The notes beneath the pieces were generated by a model. The model was given only the letters and a program-made list of their open reading frames with translations. It searched no databases and was not told the DNA's origin. Shown one piece after another: positions 52,240 to 62,647 of a DNA stretch of 64,000 nt. The stretch is taken from assembly GCA_039815185.1 (NCBI GenBank), contig JBCBZT010000006.1:96001-160000 (forward strand), written 5' to 3'. The DNA is from Cyanobacteria bacterium P01_A01_bin.123. GTDB lineage: Bacteria; Cyanobacteriota; Cyanobacteriia; Phormidesmidales; Phormidesmidaceae. The position numbers and the translations under genes were made by a program. The first letter of the stretch is position 1. Each line of letters starts with the position of its first letter.

Positions 52240-52350
52240 TTGCTCAAAATAGCTCAAAGTAAATACACCGATAAGTCTTCAGCCAATATTGCTATTCTTA
52301 GGGTGCTATATTCTCATGTTGAGGTAGATTTGGAATTCATCAGGATGCCC

Positions 52351-53058
52351 TCAGTTCAGTTGTTGCAGCTCATCATGAACGCTAGTGCCAATTTGCAATG
52401 CCTCGTTGAGCAATCGGCTATATTCGCTGGCTTCGGCGTCGATCTGAAAGGCCTGTAGCGTGGCTAAATTATTTTCAATATTGGCAAATAGGTCATATCG
52501 ACGGGCAATAAACCGTTGGTGCTTGCGCATCACCCGTTCTGTCATCAGGCCACAAATTAGGTTCTCGCGGGTTAGATGCAGCGCTTCTAAAACGGTCTCT
52601 CGATTGTCTAAGTTAAGGCTTTTTGAGTTTACGGCTTGGAGCTCGTCTAAAACTTCGACTGCTTTCAAAATTTCGTTATAGCGATCAATTTCATCTAGCA
52701 GGTGATTCAGCATAGTGAGCTGTTTTCCACGGTAGAGCAAATAGCTCATCCATAAGAGTGTCAGCGCGATCGCGACCCCTAACCCCACTGGCAAAAACAC
52801 AATCACGTTCGCATTTTGAGCACTGCCGCTCAAGCTGCGCCCCAAGAGCAGTGTTACTGGCACACATAGAATCAGCGCGACTCCGAGCGTTAGCACCTGT
52901 GTACTGAACCACGACACAATCTGCTTGGATGACCTAAACAGTGAGAGCCGATAGGCCCACCCCATCGAAATATCATTAATATCTAATCCGGTGAGTTCAT
53001 CTAGCTCCCGCTGGGTAATCCGCAGATTGTCCAAGTTAGAAACAAGCCCCATCTTCAA
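52351..53058 (-). CDS. Hypothetical membrane protein
   Basis: 235 aa; two hydrophobic helices followed by a coiled-coil-like region. Confidence 0.7.
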   Translation of the reverse strand: MKMGLVSNLDNLRITQRELDELTGLDINDISMGWAYRLSLFRSSKQIVSWFSTQVLTLGVALILCVPVTLLLGRSLSGSAQNANVIVFLPVGLGVAIALTLLWMSYLLYRGKQLTMLNHLLDEIDRYNEILKAVEVLDELQAVNSKSLNLDNRETVLEALHLTRENLICGLMTERVMRKHQRFIARRYDLFANIENNLATLQAFQIDAEASEYSRLLNEALQIGTSVHDELQQLN

Positions 53059-53124
53059 ATTTTAGCCCCATCCAGATCCACGACTATTCTTCAAGCTAAA
53101 CTCAACCCTTTAAATCGGATGGGT

Positions 53125-53805
53125 TTAGAAACCCATTAGCGTTTTGATGATTCGGAAGACTTGGGCGTAAAAGTTACCGTCAATTTCAGGGCGAAAGATT
53201 TGGAATGGCTCCCCCGGTGCACCAAAGAAAGGTCGTAGCGTCCAGCCAAGCTGACACCCCACCAGACCATAAAGCACCAACCAGCCTTTGAGCAGGCGGT
53301 CTCTCATAACGTCTTGGGTGGCCTCGTCGCCAGCAATCATCCGCATGCCGCGATAAAACATATTGATGCCGACTACGCCTGTTAACGCCATGACAATCAC
53401 GTTGAGCAACAAAAAGAAATTGTAGTCTTGAATCGAGATCAAGAAAAACAAAACGACAGGGGCAAAACTAAACATCAATACGCTAATCACAGACACTGCC
53501 GTCATTAACATGGCGCTGTACTGGCGAAAGTTAAGCTTTGAACCAAACAAAATGTCAAAGAAATAAAGCGTTGGCAGACAGATAATCAAGGTTACTAGGT
53601 ACAAAGCTGGCAGTTTTATCGCTGACGACAGCATCTGCAGCCAACTACTCGATGACCCAATAATCGCCCCGTAGACCGCAAAAAAGATGCAGCTCGCCAC
53701 CAGCAGCGACAACACCTTGCTCTCCAATTTGATGTCTTTACGGATCTCCTCTAAAAAAGCTTTGCGATCGCGCAGCAGCCGAATCAACACTGCGAAATAG
53801 TTCAT
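53125..53805 (-). CDS. Multi-pass membrane protein (YIP1-like)
   Basis: About five TM segments; AIKLPALYL, ICLPTLY and QLGWTLRPFFG blocks. Confidence 0.7.
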   Translation of the reverse strand: MNYFAVLIRLLRDRKAFLEEIRKDIKLESKVLSLLVASCIFFAVYGAIIGSSSSWLQMLSSAIKLPALYLVTLIICLPTLYFFDILFGSKLNFRQYSAMLMTAVSVISVLMFSFAPVVLFFLISIQDYNFFLLLNVIVMALTGVVGINMFYRGMRMIAGDEATQDVMRDRLLKGWLVLYGLVGCQLGWTLRPFFGAPGEPFQIFRPEIDGNFYAQVFRIIKTLMGF

Positions 53806-54010
53806 AACCCCATACCTATATACCAATGGTTAAAATAGCTACAGCTATAGAAACCCAAATTTCGGATTAAGCGCGGGTTAATCAGTCAAAAAAATAATTT
53901 GTGCACCTTAAAGGTGCCCCCTGGAAGAGACATATAGCAGGAATGGGTTAGCTTTGGGCCACCGCGACCTTGCTAGGGCAGATTTTACGATTCAAATTTA
54001 TGTATTTTTT

Positions 54011-54478
54011 TTACCTTGAGAAGACATCTAGACAGATGTCTAAAGTCGCTCTATCTTCTTCTGTGCCAGCGTATGTGATTCTGTCATATTGGCTCAAATC
54101 GAGCATTTCACCCGATTGGTAATCCCACGCTGACCCTGGTGTATAGGGCGGTAAAACAGAGGTAGCATCAACGATGCGATCATCCTCTACGAATCCCTTA
54201 AAGCAAACAAGCCTAGTGGGTAAACGAGCGTCAATTCCGATGACGATTCTGCCCCATTTATGCAATAAGATATACGGGCTATCCAGGAACTCAGAAGCGG
54301 GTGTTCCTAAATAGTAATATTCGCCATTAGGTAAAGCCGAGAAGGATATATTTTGACCCTGTGTCGGTTGAACTACACCGATGAATAGCGGGATTGAAGT
54401 CGCAAAAATAATAATTAATTTCCGAAAAGCTGCCATAAGTGACTGCTGAAGTGCGGGGCCATTAGCCAGATTCTGCAA
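54011..54478 (-). CDS. Hypothetical secreted protein
   Basis: Signal-like N-terminus, FSALPNGEYYY, two Cys. Start uncertain. Confidence 0.55.
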   Translation of the reverse strand: MQNLANGPALQQSLMAAFRKLIIIFATSIPLFIGVVQPTQGQNISFSALPNGEYYYLGTPASEFLDSPYILLHKWGRIVIGIDARLPTRLVCFKGFVEDDRIVDATSVLPPYTPGSAWDYQSGEMLDLSQYDRITYAGTEEDRATLDICLDVFSR

Positions 54479-54881
54479 CTATTTTTTAGCCTAATTCTGC
54501 AACTGAATCTTGCCCTTTAGGTAGGATATTAACAATTTAATAAACTGTATCACATCTAACCAAATCAAATTTGGGAATCAGAGACATTGAGTGGGCCAAC
54601 TTGGAGAACATTGATGTTAAAACTTGTGCAGCCTTGGCAGACTTAAAAAATTTACACATTTGGATCTATGGTTGATTGATTCCTGTGGGTTATTGAACTT
54701 TTAAGAAGCCGAAAAGGTTGCCATAAATTAACCGCGTTTTCGCTGTATGTGCCGCCAGGTTTGTGCATGAAAAAACTGGCATTGTTGCCATGCTTTGATT
54801 TGGACTCGCTAATTCTAGGGTATATCAGTCATTTGTAAGTTCGAGAGTAACGTTTGTCCAGCATTTACCGACGTTTTAACC

Positions 54882-57800
54882 GTGAAGCATTCAACCTCTA
54901 AGCCCCGTAATTTCAGAAGTTGCGATCGCCTTGTTTTCATTGATCTATCCGTTGATGACTCCGCGAGTTTGATCGCTGGAGTACTGCCAAATTCAGACGT
55001 CATTCTTCTTGACCCGGCTGAAGATGGCATCGCGCAAATTACGGCTTTTCTCGCAGAACGCACCCATGTCGCCAGCATGCATATTGTCTCCCACGGACAG
55101 CCTGGGATTTTGCAGCTTGGTAACATCCAGCTCAATTTAGACTCCCTCGATCGCTACCGGGATGCGCTGCAATCTTGGCGGCGGGCTTTGCGCACTGATG
55201 CTGAGGTATTGCTTTATGGCTGTAATGTGGCGGCTGGAGAGCTAGGGAACTTATTCGTTGAGCAACTGAAGGAGCTGATTGGTGCAGGGATCGCAGCTTC
55301 TAAAACGCGAACAGGCCATGCACAGCAGGGTGGAGACTGGAATCTAGAAGTTACCACAGGGGACGTTCGCTCAGGATTGGCATTCTGGCCAGCGGTGATG
55401 GCCACCTATCCGTCCACTTTTGCTTTGTTGGCGGAAGATTTTGGGGGTGGATTTCCACCCTCGGGTTGGACCACCTTTAATGGTGCAAGCGAACCCGATG
55501 CTGATGAACAATACTTTCCCGGTAACAATGACTGGTCAGTCGGCGCTCTGGGGGATAATAGCGTCGCCTTTGTCTTTGGGGAAGATATCGAAGCCGATGG
55601 CGGATTCGCCCAGGACTGGTTGGTGACCAGCTTGCTCAAACCCGATGCTGGGAACAGTACCTTTTCATTTGATGCGTTAGCTTTTCCGGGTAATACCCCC
55701 AGTGAGTTTTCAGTCCGGGTCTCAACGGGCGAGCAAACGGATCAAGCTAGCTACGTTGTCGCAGCGACTTATACGCCAGCGGATTTTACAACAGACTTTC
55801 AAACCTTTGACGTCGATTTGAGCGCCTACGTTGACGAGTCAGTGTATGTCAGCTTCGTGATGGAAAACGACGATGGGGATACCTGGGTCGTTGACAATGT
55901 GGGCGGGGTGCCATTGGCCCCTGACATTTTGATTTCAGTACCTGGCGATCAGTTTGGCTTGAGCGAGGGTGGGGTTGATCAGACGTTGATTGTCGAACTG
56001 GCAACCGCCCCCACAGAAGAAGTCACCATAAACTTTTCGACGGACGCGACTGAGGTTGAACCTGTTAGGCCGGTTATCTTTACCCCTGAGAACTGGGATA
56101 CTCCTCAACTGATTGACTTCTCAGCGATCCAAGATGGCTTGGATGAAGGGGAGGAAACGACCTCGATCGGCGTTGAGGTGAGTAGTGCTGATGCGGGATA
56201 CAATGCGCTGATCTTGGATGATATTGAGGGTGCGATCGCTGATGCAGGCATCCCGTTTTTCTCTAGCTATCGCACGGTGGAAGAGACGCTGAGCGATCTG
56301 GAAAACCTAACGACCGCAAACCCAGACTTGGCCGACTGGATCGACATTGGCGATACCTACGACAAAATTACCCCGGGCGGGGCAGACGGGTACGATATCA
56401 ATGCCCTCATACTCACCAATGAAGAATTTAGCTTGCCGGACGGTAGCGATAAGCCTGTTTTGTATATGCAGGCTGCTATCCACGCCAGAGAATATACCAC
56501 GACTGAGTTAGTCACCCGTTTTGCGGAGGACTTGATTGCAGGCTACGGCGTGGATGCTGATACCACCTGGCTGTTGGACTATAACGAAATTCATATCGTC
56601 CCAATTGTTAATCCAGATGGTCGCAAGATTGCTGAGCAGGGTTACCTCTGGCGGAAAAACACCAATCCCAACCCCAATCCCGGTGATGATCCAGCCCCTT
56701 TCCCGACCTATGGGGTAGACCTGAACCGCAACTACGGGTTTGAGTGGGCCAATGGCGTTGCCAGCGATGGGACAACGGGTATAGGTTCAACGGATAATCC
56801 ATCTTCTAATAGCTACCACGGCTTAGGGCCTTTTTCAGAGCCTGAAAGTAAAGCGGCTAGCGACTATGTGTCAACGCTGTTTGAACCGAATGGGCCAAAG
56901 CTACTGAATGATCCAACGCCAGAACTCGAGCGGGTCTACGAAGCAGTTCCAGATGACATTTCAGGCATTTATGTTGACTACCACAGCTTCGCTGAGGGCA
57001 TCCTCTACTCTTGGGGGTGGGCTGAAGGGTTGATCGCGCCGAATGATGAACAACTGCGTACCCTGGCCCGCAAGTATGGTTTCTTCACTGGGGCTGTAGG
57101 AGAACCCTACGATGCTCTACCGGCTCAAGTATTTGGGGCAGTGGGGGGGGCTACCGATGACTGGGCCTATGCCACCTTTGGGATACCGGGCTTCACGATG
57201 GAGATCGGCACGTCTTTCTTCCAACCCAGTGAAGACTTTGAGAATGAGATTTTGCCCGATAACATGCCCGGCATGTATTATCTGGCCAAGGCCGCCCGCC
57301 GCCCATACCAAACGCCCTTTGGCCCAGAAGCCATTGAAATCGGTCTCGATCGCCCGCAGGTGGTGGCTGGGCAATCGGTGCAGCTTTCTGCGATCGCAGA
57401 CGATGAGCGTTACGACGATAGTGATGCCATCGGCGGCGGCCAGGACGAAGCCCCCCAAACCTTCCAACCGATCGCCGCAGGTCGCTATTCAATTGACTTA
57501 CCTTCTTGGATCGCAGGGGTTGAACTGTTTGACATGCAGGCCACAGATGGGACATTCAGTAGCACCTTAGAATCCATCACCGCAACTATCGATACAACAG
57601 GGTTGGCGTCTGGGCGACATACCGTCTTCGTTGAAAGTCAAGATACGGATGGTAACTGGGGCGTCGCCACAGCCGTGTTCCTTGATATTGTGGCTGCGCC
57701 AGATGATGCCATTACCACCGATGGCTCTGATCAATCAGAAACCTTGGTCGGCGGCAACACCTCAGATGTGATTTATGCGCTGGGGGGCGATGATACGGTT

Positions 57801-58298
57801 GCTGGCGGTCTCGGGGACGATGTCATTTTTGGAGAAGATGGGGATGACGTGCTGCGGGGCGATCGCAATAGCCGCTCGTCAGGTGGCGCCAACGATGGGG
57901 ATGACATCATCTATGGCGGTGCTGGAAATGACCGCATTGGCGGTAAGGGCGGCGATGACAAGCTCTACGGTGATGAGGGCGATGACACCATTTGGGGCGA
58001 TGACGGCGATGATTTGCTTTGGGGTGGCGGCGGTAACGACACCCTGACTGGCGATGACAACTCTGGCGGCAGTGGCAGCGATACTTTCGTTTTAGTCATC
58101 GGCGAGGGTACCGACACCATTACTGATTTTGAGGTCGGCATCGACTTGCTGGGTCTGTTCGGCACATTGAGCTTTGGCCAATTATCGATTCGCCAAGATG
58201 CTCAAGACGCACTCATCGAGTTTGGGGACGAAACCTTAGCCATTCTTTCAGGTACCGAGGCAGACACCTTGACCGAATCTGCTTTTGTCCCTGTCTAA
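54882..58298 (+). CDS. DUF4347 + beta-sandwich domains + M14 zinc carboxypeptidase + RTX Ca-binding repeats
   Basis: LVFID/HIVSHG/LLYGCNVA/GGDWNLE (DUF4347); HAREY, RKN, GVDLNRN, HSF (M14); GGxGxD repeats and DTITDF tail. Confidence 0.88.
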   Translation: MKHSTSKPRNFRSCDRLVFIDLSVDDSASLIAGVLPNSDVILLDPAEDGIAQITAFLAERTHVASMHIVSHGQPGILQLGNIQLNLDSLDRYRDALQSWRRALRTDAEVLLYGCNVAAGELGNLFVEQLKELIGAGIAASKTRTGHAQQGGDWNLEVTTGDVRSGLAFWPAVMATYPSTFALLAEDFGGGFPPSGWTTFNGASEPDADEQYFPGNNDWSVGALGDNSVAFVFGEDIEADGGFAQDWLVTSLLKPDAGNSTFSFDALAFPGNTPSEFSVRVSTGEQTDQASYVVAATYTPADFTTDFQTFDVDLSAYVDESVYVSFVMENDDGDTWVVDNVGGVPLAPDILISVPGDQFGLSEGGVDQTLIVELATAPTEEVTINFSTDATEVEPVRPVIFTPENWDTPQLIDFSAIQDGLDEGEETTSIGVEVSSADAGYNALILDDIEGAIADAGIPFFSSYRTVEETLSDLENLTTANPDLADWIDIGDTYDKITPGGADGYDINALILTNEEFSLPDGSDKPVLYMQAAIHAREYTTTELVTRFAEDLIAGYGVDADTTWLLDYNEIHIVPIVNPDGRKIAEQGYLWRKNTNPNPNPGDDPAPFPTYGVDLNRNYGFEWANGVASDGTTGIGSTDNPSSNSYHGLGPFSEPESKAASDYVSTLFEPNGPKLLNDPTPELERVYEAVPDDISGIYVDYHSFAEGILYSWGWAEGLIAPNDEQLRTLARKYGFFTGAVGEPYDALPAQVFGAVGGATDDWAYATFGIPGFTMEIGTSFFQPSEDFENEILPDNMPGMYYLAKAARRPYQTPFGPEAIEIGLDRPQVVAGQSVQLSAIADDERYDDSDAIGGGQDEAPQTFQPIAAGRYSIDLPSWIAGVELFDMQATDGTFSSTLESITATIDTTGLASGRHTVFVESQDTDGNWGVATAVFLDIVAAPDDAITTDGSDQSETLVGGNTSDVIYALGGDDTVAGGLGDDVIFGEDGDDVLRGDRNSRSSGGANDGDDIIYGGAGNDRIGGKGGDDKLYGDEGDDTIWGDDGDDLLWGGGGNDTLTGDDNSGGSGSDTFVLVIGEGTDTITDFEVGIDLLGLFGTLSFGQLSIRQDAQDALIEFGDETLAILSGTEADTLTESAFVPV

Positions 58299-58487
58299 TG
58301 GCATGTTTCACCCCGCTTGAAATACCGAGCTGCGATGAATCTGCTGGCTAAAAAATAAGTTGGGCTGTGCGTGCCTAGACGATTGCAGTGATTTCGATAA
58401 CAACTGACTGATCGTGATGCTCGGGTGATAGAGCATCACGATGGCCCGTGACCGCGAATTGTGTTGATTGATCACAAGGAGTATACC

Positions 58488-61355
58488 GTGGCAGAAATTC
58501 TACTCAATGAAGGATTTGGTGGCAGTTTTCCTCCCCTGGGGTGGGCCTCGTTTATTGGTGAAAATGGGCTTGGGCCCGTTAGCAATTGGGTTCCCGGTAC
58601 CGATGGCGGTTTTGATAATCGCAGTGTGGCTTTCGTCAGCCCCGAAGATGTTGAAGGCGGCTTGGCCGAAGACTGGCTGGTCACACCGCTGCTGCGACCC
58701 AGTGCAGACAACAGCACGTTTAGCTTCGACAGCAGACTGGTTTTCCCAGAGGATCAAGGCAGTATCTACACGGTGCGGGTCTCCACGGAAAGTCAAACCG
58801 ACCCTAATAGTTTTGACACCGTGGAAACCTTCTTGGAGACTGACTTTGCAGTTGACGCAGATGGCAATGCGACCTACAAGACGTTTGAGATTGATTTAAG
58901 CCCCTACCAGGATCAAGACGTTTATGTCGCCCTGGTAATGGAAAATGACAACGGTGATTTTTTTGCCATCGACGATGTTGGCGGCGTCCCCTTTGCACCT
59001 GATGTACTGGTGACAGAGTCTGGGGGAGAGGTCGCTTTGAGTCGGGGCGGCACGAACGAAACGCTGCAGCTAGCCCTGGCCACTGCACCGACCAGCGCAG
59101 TCACCCTCAACTTCAATACGGATACGGATGAGATTGGCCCAATTGCATCGGTGACATTTACCCCAGATAACTGGGACCAGTCACAACTCGTCAATTTAAA
59201 TATTGCCAACCTTGGCGGTACTGGGGCACCGGAGACTAGCTTTAACCTCAGCTTTGACGTGGACAGCGATGACCCGAACTATGCGGGTCTTGAGATCGAC
59301 GAGGTGGCAGGGCGAATTGTTGACAACGGTATTCCTGGCTTTTCGAGCTATCGCACGGTTGAAGAAACCTATGCTGACTTGTCCTTCTTGGCCGATGAAA
59401 ATCCAGATCTAGTTGACTGGTTTGCCATTGGCGAAAGCTATGACAAAGTCACGCCTGGCGGAGCTGATGGCTATGATATCAACGTCTTGAAGCTGACCAA
59501 CAAAGCGATTGAGCTACCAGACCGACAGGAAAAGCCGGTTATCTATATTGAGGGCGCGATTCATGCTCGCGAATATACCACGGCTGAACTGGTGACCCGC
59601 TTTGGCGAAGGGCTAGTCGCAGACTATGGGGTTGACCCCGATATCACCTGGCTGTTGGATTACCACGAGGTTCATATTGTGCCAGTGGCTAACCCTGACG
59701 GCCGCAAGTTTGCCGAACAAGGATATTCGTGGCGCAAAAATACCAATCCCAATCCGCCCCCTGGAGAAGAACCTGCCCCCTTCCCCAACTACGGGGTTGA
59801 CCTAAATCGAAATTTTGATTTCAAGTGGAATGACGCTAAACCTTTTCCCGATGCTCTGCCGCCCTCTAGTGGGGATCCGGCTAGCAATATCTATCGGGGC
59901 GATGCCCCGGCCTCAGAACCAGAACTGCAAACCGTGCAAAATTACGTGCGGTCGATTTTCCCCGATCAACGGGGGCCAAATGATACCGATGCTGCCCCAG
60001 AGGATGCCACCGGGGTTTTTCTAGATGTCCACAGCTTTGGTAATCTCGTGCTTCACCCGTGGGGGTGGACGGATGCAGATTCTCCCAATGAACCCGCTTT
60101 ACGCACCTTGGGTCGCAAGTATGGCTACTACACCGGACAGGGGCCTGATGGAGCCTACGATGTTGATGAGGGGTTAGGGCTTTACCCCTCTGATGGGACT
60201 TCTGATGACTGGGCCTATGGGGAACTTGGGATAGCGGGTTACATTATCGAGCTGGGGGAAACGTTTTTCCAACCGAGTGAAGATTTTGAAAACGAGATTC
60301 TGCCGGAGAACCTGCCAGCGTTAACCTACATGGCTAAGGCCGCTCGCCGCCCTTACCAAACCCCTGCCGGGCCGGAAGCCTTGGATGCTGAGCTAGACAT
60401 GGCCCAGGTGGTGGCGGGTAAGTCAGTGGTGCTAACGGCGCTGGCTGATGATACTCGCTACGATGATGGCGCTGTCACAGATGATGAGGTCGGCACCGTC
60501 AACGATTTACCAGAACCTAGCCAAGATATCGTGGCGGGGCGTTATTCGATTGGCCTACCGTCTTGGATTCCAGGTGCTGAGCTATTTGACATGAGCGCAA
60601 TGGATGGGGCTTTTGACAGCTCATCAGAAACCCTCACTGCCACTGTGGATACAGCAGGGTTGGAAGCGGGTCGCCACATGGTCTTTATTGAAGGTCAAGA
60701 TGCTGATGGCAACTGGGGAGTCGCTGCGGCTGTATTCCTCGATATTGTGGCTGCACCAGATGATGCCGTTGTGACGGAGGGTTCTGATGGGCCAGAAACC
60801 CTGGTTGGCGACGATGCTCCAGATGTGATTTACGCGCTGGATGGTGATGATCGGGTGGCTGGCGGCCTAGGAAATGATGTCCTCTTTGGCAATGCCGGGG
60901 ATGATGTGATGCGGGGCGATCGCGACAGTCGCTCGCCCGGTGGCTCCGGTGGTGGCGATGACATCATCTATGGCGGCGCCGGAAATGACCGCATTGGGGG
61001 CAAGGGGGGTGATGACAAGCTCTACGGTGATGAGGGTGATGACACCATTTGGGGCGATGACGGCGATGATTTGCTTTGGGGCGGGAGTGGCAACGACACC
61101 CTAACGGGTGATGATGACTCTGGCGGGAGTGGTAGCGATACCTTCGTTCTAGCGATTGGTGAGGGTACCGACACGATTACCGATTTTGAGGTCGGCACAG
61201 ATCTGATTGGTTTGTTTGGCACGCTGAGCTTTGGTCAATTGTTGCTTCGCCAAGATGCCCAGGATGCGCTCATTGAGTTTGGGAATGAGACGCTAGCCAT
61301 CCTCTCAGGGATTGAGGCAGAGACTTTGATTGAGTCGTCCTTTGTGCCGGTCTAA
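58488..61355 (+). CDS. Paralogous M14 carboxypeptidase with RTX repeats, lacking DUF4347
   Basis: HAREY, RKN, GVDLNRNF, HSF; RTX tail nearly identical to the upstream paralogue; GTG start with AGGAG RBS. Confidence 0.88.
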   Translation: MAEILLNEGFGGSFPPLGWASFIGENGLGPVSNWVPGTDGGFDNRSVAFVSPEDVEGGLAEDWLVTPLLRPSADNSTFSFDSRLVFPEDQGSIYTVRVSTESQTDPNSFDTVETFLETDFAVDADGNATYKTFEIDLSPYQDQDVYVALVMENDNGDFFAIDDVGGVPFAPDVLVTESGGEVALSRGGTNETLQLALATAPTSAVTLNFNTDTDEIGPIASVTFTPDNWDQSQLVNLNIANLGGTGAPETSFNLSFDVDSDDPNYAGLEIDEVAGRIVDNGIPGFSSYRTVEETYADLSFLADENPDLVDWFAIGESYDKVTPGGADGYDINVLKLTNKAIELPDRQEKPVIYIEGAIHAREYTTAELVTRFGEGLVADYGVDPDITWLLDYHEVHIVPVANPDGRKFAEQGYSWRKNTNPNPPPGEEPAPFPNYGVDLNRNFDFKWNDAKPFPDALPPSSGDPASNIYRGDAPASEPELQTVQNYVRSIFPDQRGPNDTDAAPEDATGVFLDVHSFGNLVLHPWGWTDADSPNEPALRTLGRKYGYYTGQGPDGAYDVDEGLGLYPSDGTSDDWAYGELGIAGYIIELGETFFQPSEDFENEILPENLPALTYMAKAARRPYQTPAGPEALDAELDMAQVVAGKSVVLTALADDTRYDDGAVTDDEVGTVNDLPEPSQDIVAGRYSIGLPSWIPGAELFDMSAMDGAFDSSSETLTATVDTAGLEAGRHMVFIEGQDADGNWGVAAAVFLDIVAAPDDAVVTEGSDGPETLVGDDAPDVIYALDGDDRVAGGLGNDVLFGNAGDDVMRGDRDSRSPGGSGGGDDIIYGGAGNDRIGGKGGDDKLYGDEGDDTIWGDDGDDLLWGGSGNDTLTGDDDSGGSGSDTFVLAIGEGTDTITDFEVGTDLIGLFGTLSFGQLLLRQDAQDALIEFGNETLAILSGIEAETLIESSFVPV

Positions 61356-61379
61356 TTGAATTCAGTTGAGCTGTATCAA

Positions 61380-61415
61380 TTGCCTTTAGCCCCCCATTGA
61401 GGGGCTAAAGGCAAA
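61380..61415. terminator. Hairpin after the carboxypeptidase genes
   Basis: TTGCCTTTAGCCCC...GGGGCTAAAGGCAA. Confidence 0.7.
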
Positions 61416-61648
61416 TTACCTGGGTGGTTTGTTAGGCGGCGTCTAGTTCCGTCTTGCAATAGGGTGGCTTTTATGACTCATTCAACTGGGCTAAATTTTT
61501 CTGTTTCTTTTCTGGAATGCGATCGCTGTCTGTTGTATCTAAGCTCTATAAACCACATCCGATTGAACATTGGAGTCTTTAGTTCATAGAGAACTATGAA
61601 TCTGTATGTGGTTAAGGTTGACATCCTGAATAATACGGAGGAGTTGTG

Positions 61649-61906
61649 ATGGCACAGCGGTTGAAACGGTGGGAATCACCCCGTCGGCAAGGCCGAAACG
61701 CAAAAGGAAAAGGCGGATCGGCACGCAAACGACAGTATCTTAAACAGCAACAGCAGTTGAGGCAACGGTTAAAGCGGAACGAATCCCAGAAATCATCTAG
61801 TCAATCTTGCGGAGGAGAGGTTAACCCCTCTCTTTTTTTATGCATTTTTGCGGTTTTCACAGCCCGGCGCACTTTGCAAAATAAAGGTGTCATGCGGCCG
61901 AACTAA
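61649..61906 (+). CDS. Small basic protein, candidate alternative ribosome-rescue factor
   Basis: GGAGGAG RBS; Arg/Lys-rich with KGKGGS; terminator-like hairpin inside the CDS. The ORF is well supported; the function is inference. Confidence 0.6.
   Translation: MAQRLKRWESPRRQGRNAKGKGGSARKRQYLKQQQQLRQRLKRNESQKSSSQSCGGEVNPSLFLCIFAVFTARRTLQNKGVMRPN
61811..61839 (+). terminator. Intrinsic terminator inside the coding sequence
   Basis: GGAG-GAGAGG-TTAACC-CCTCTC-TTTTTTT, about 65 nt before the in-frame stop codon. Confidence 0.7.
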
Positions 61907-62019
61907 GAATCTTTGAGGGTTAGATGAAGGTGCGTCAATTTGTCTTCTGACCCGCGATCTTCTTCCCAAGCTGGGCATGTTAGACCTGTAGAGCGCCTTG
62001 TGGGGCTAAGGGAATCATT

Positions 62020-62520
62020 TTGAACAACAACTTTACGTATGTCCCTGTATTGTCCGGTGTTTCCCAGATGCCAAGTAAGGCTGAGGGCACAACCTATCTC
62101 ATTAAGCTCCACGCCTACAATCAAGAACATTTATTTGGCTCGGTTCAAAGGGGTTCGGTTTGTCTCAACGATATTGGTCACATTGCAGCAGACGAATGGG
62201 TGCAATCATCTCGAAATCGTCAGGAGATTGAGCTAGACGGTTGGGCCATACTGCCCAACTATATTCAAGGGATTGTCGTTGTTCAACCCAAAATCGCAAT
62301 TCGAGAAGCTGCAGGTTACGACCAAATCCGACAGGTTCAAAAGCCGCGATCGCTCTCCGCCTTTGTTGCCGGGTTCAAAGCTGCCGCTGCTAAGCGCATC
62401 AACCTATTACGCAATAATCCTGGGTTGCCCGTTTGGGAACGCAGCTACCGTGAACGGTTGCTTTACACCCCTGCACAGCTCGACTACACCCGTCAAAGCC
62501 TGCAAGAATACCCGTTGTAA
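62020..62520 (+). CDS. RAYT/IS200-like Y1 transposase homologue with degenerate catalytic motifs
   Basis: LFG...LNDIG...EW...ELDGWAILPNYIQGI...SLSAFVAGFKAA..KRIN...PVWERSY. Start may be ATG 62068. Confidence 0.72.
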   Translation: MNNNFTYVPVLSGVSQMPSKAEGTTYLIKLHAYNQEHLFGSVQRGSVCLNDIGHIAADEWVQSSRNRQEIELDGWAILPNYIQGIVVVQPKIAIREAAGYDQIRQVQKPRSLSAFVAGFKAAAAKRINLLRNNPGLPVWERSYRERLLYTPAQLDYTRQSLQEYPL

Positions 62521-62647
62521 ATCGGGCTTACGGCAAGCTTCATTTCAACTGAAAGCTTGACCACATCGAGATCCGTCATTTTCCCCCTGAGCTAAAAATT
62601 TCTCCTCCGGAAACGCTGCGCGAACAGGTTTTCAATCCGGATAGGGT

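Noticed and set aside
24442..52400. FaRLiP cluster as a tRNA-integrated genomic island
   Set aside because: No integrase and no duplicated tRNA 3' end seen at the far boundary; adjacency to the tRNA alone is insufficient.
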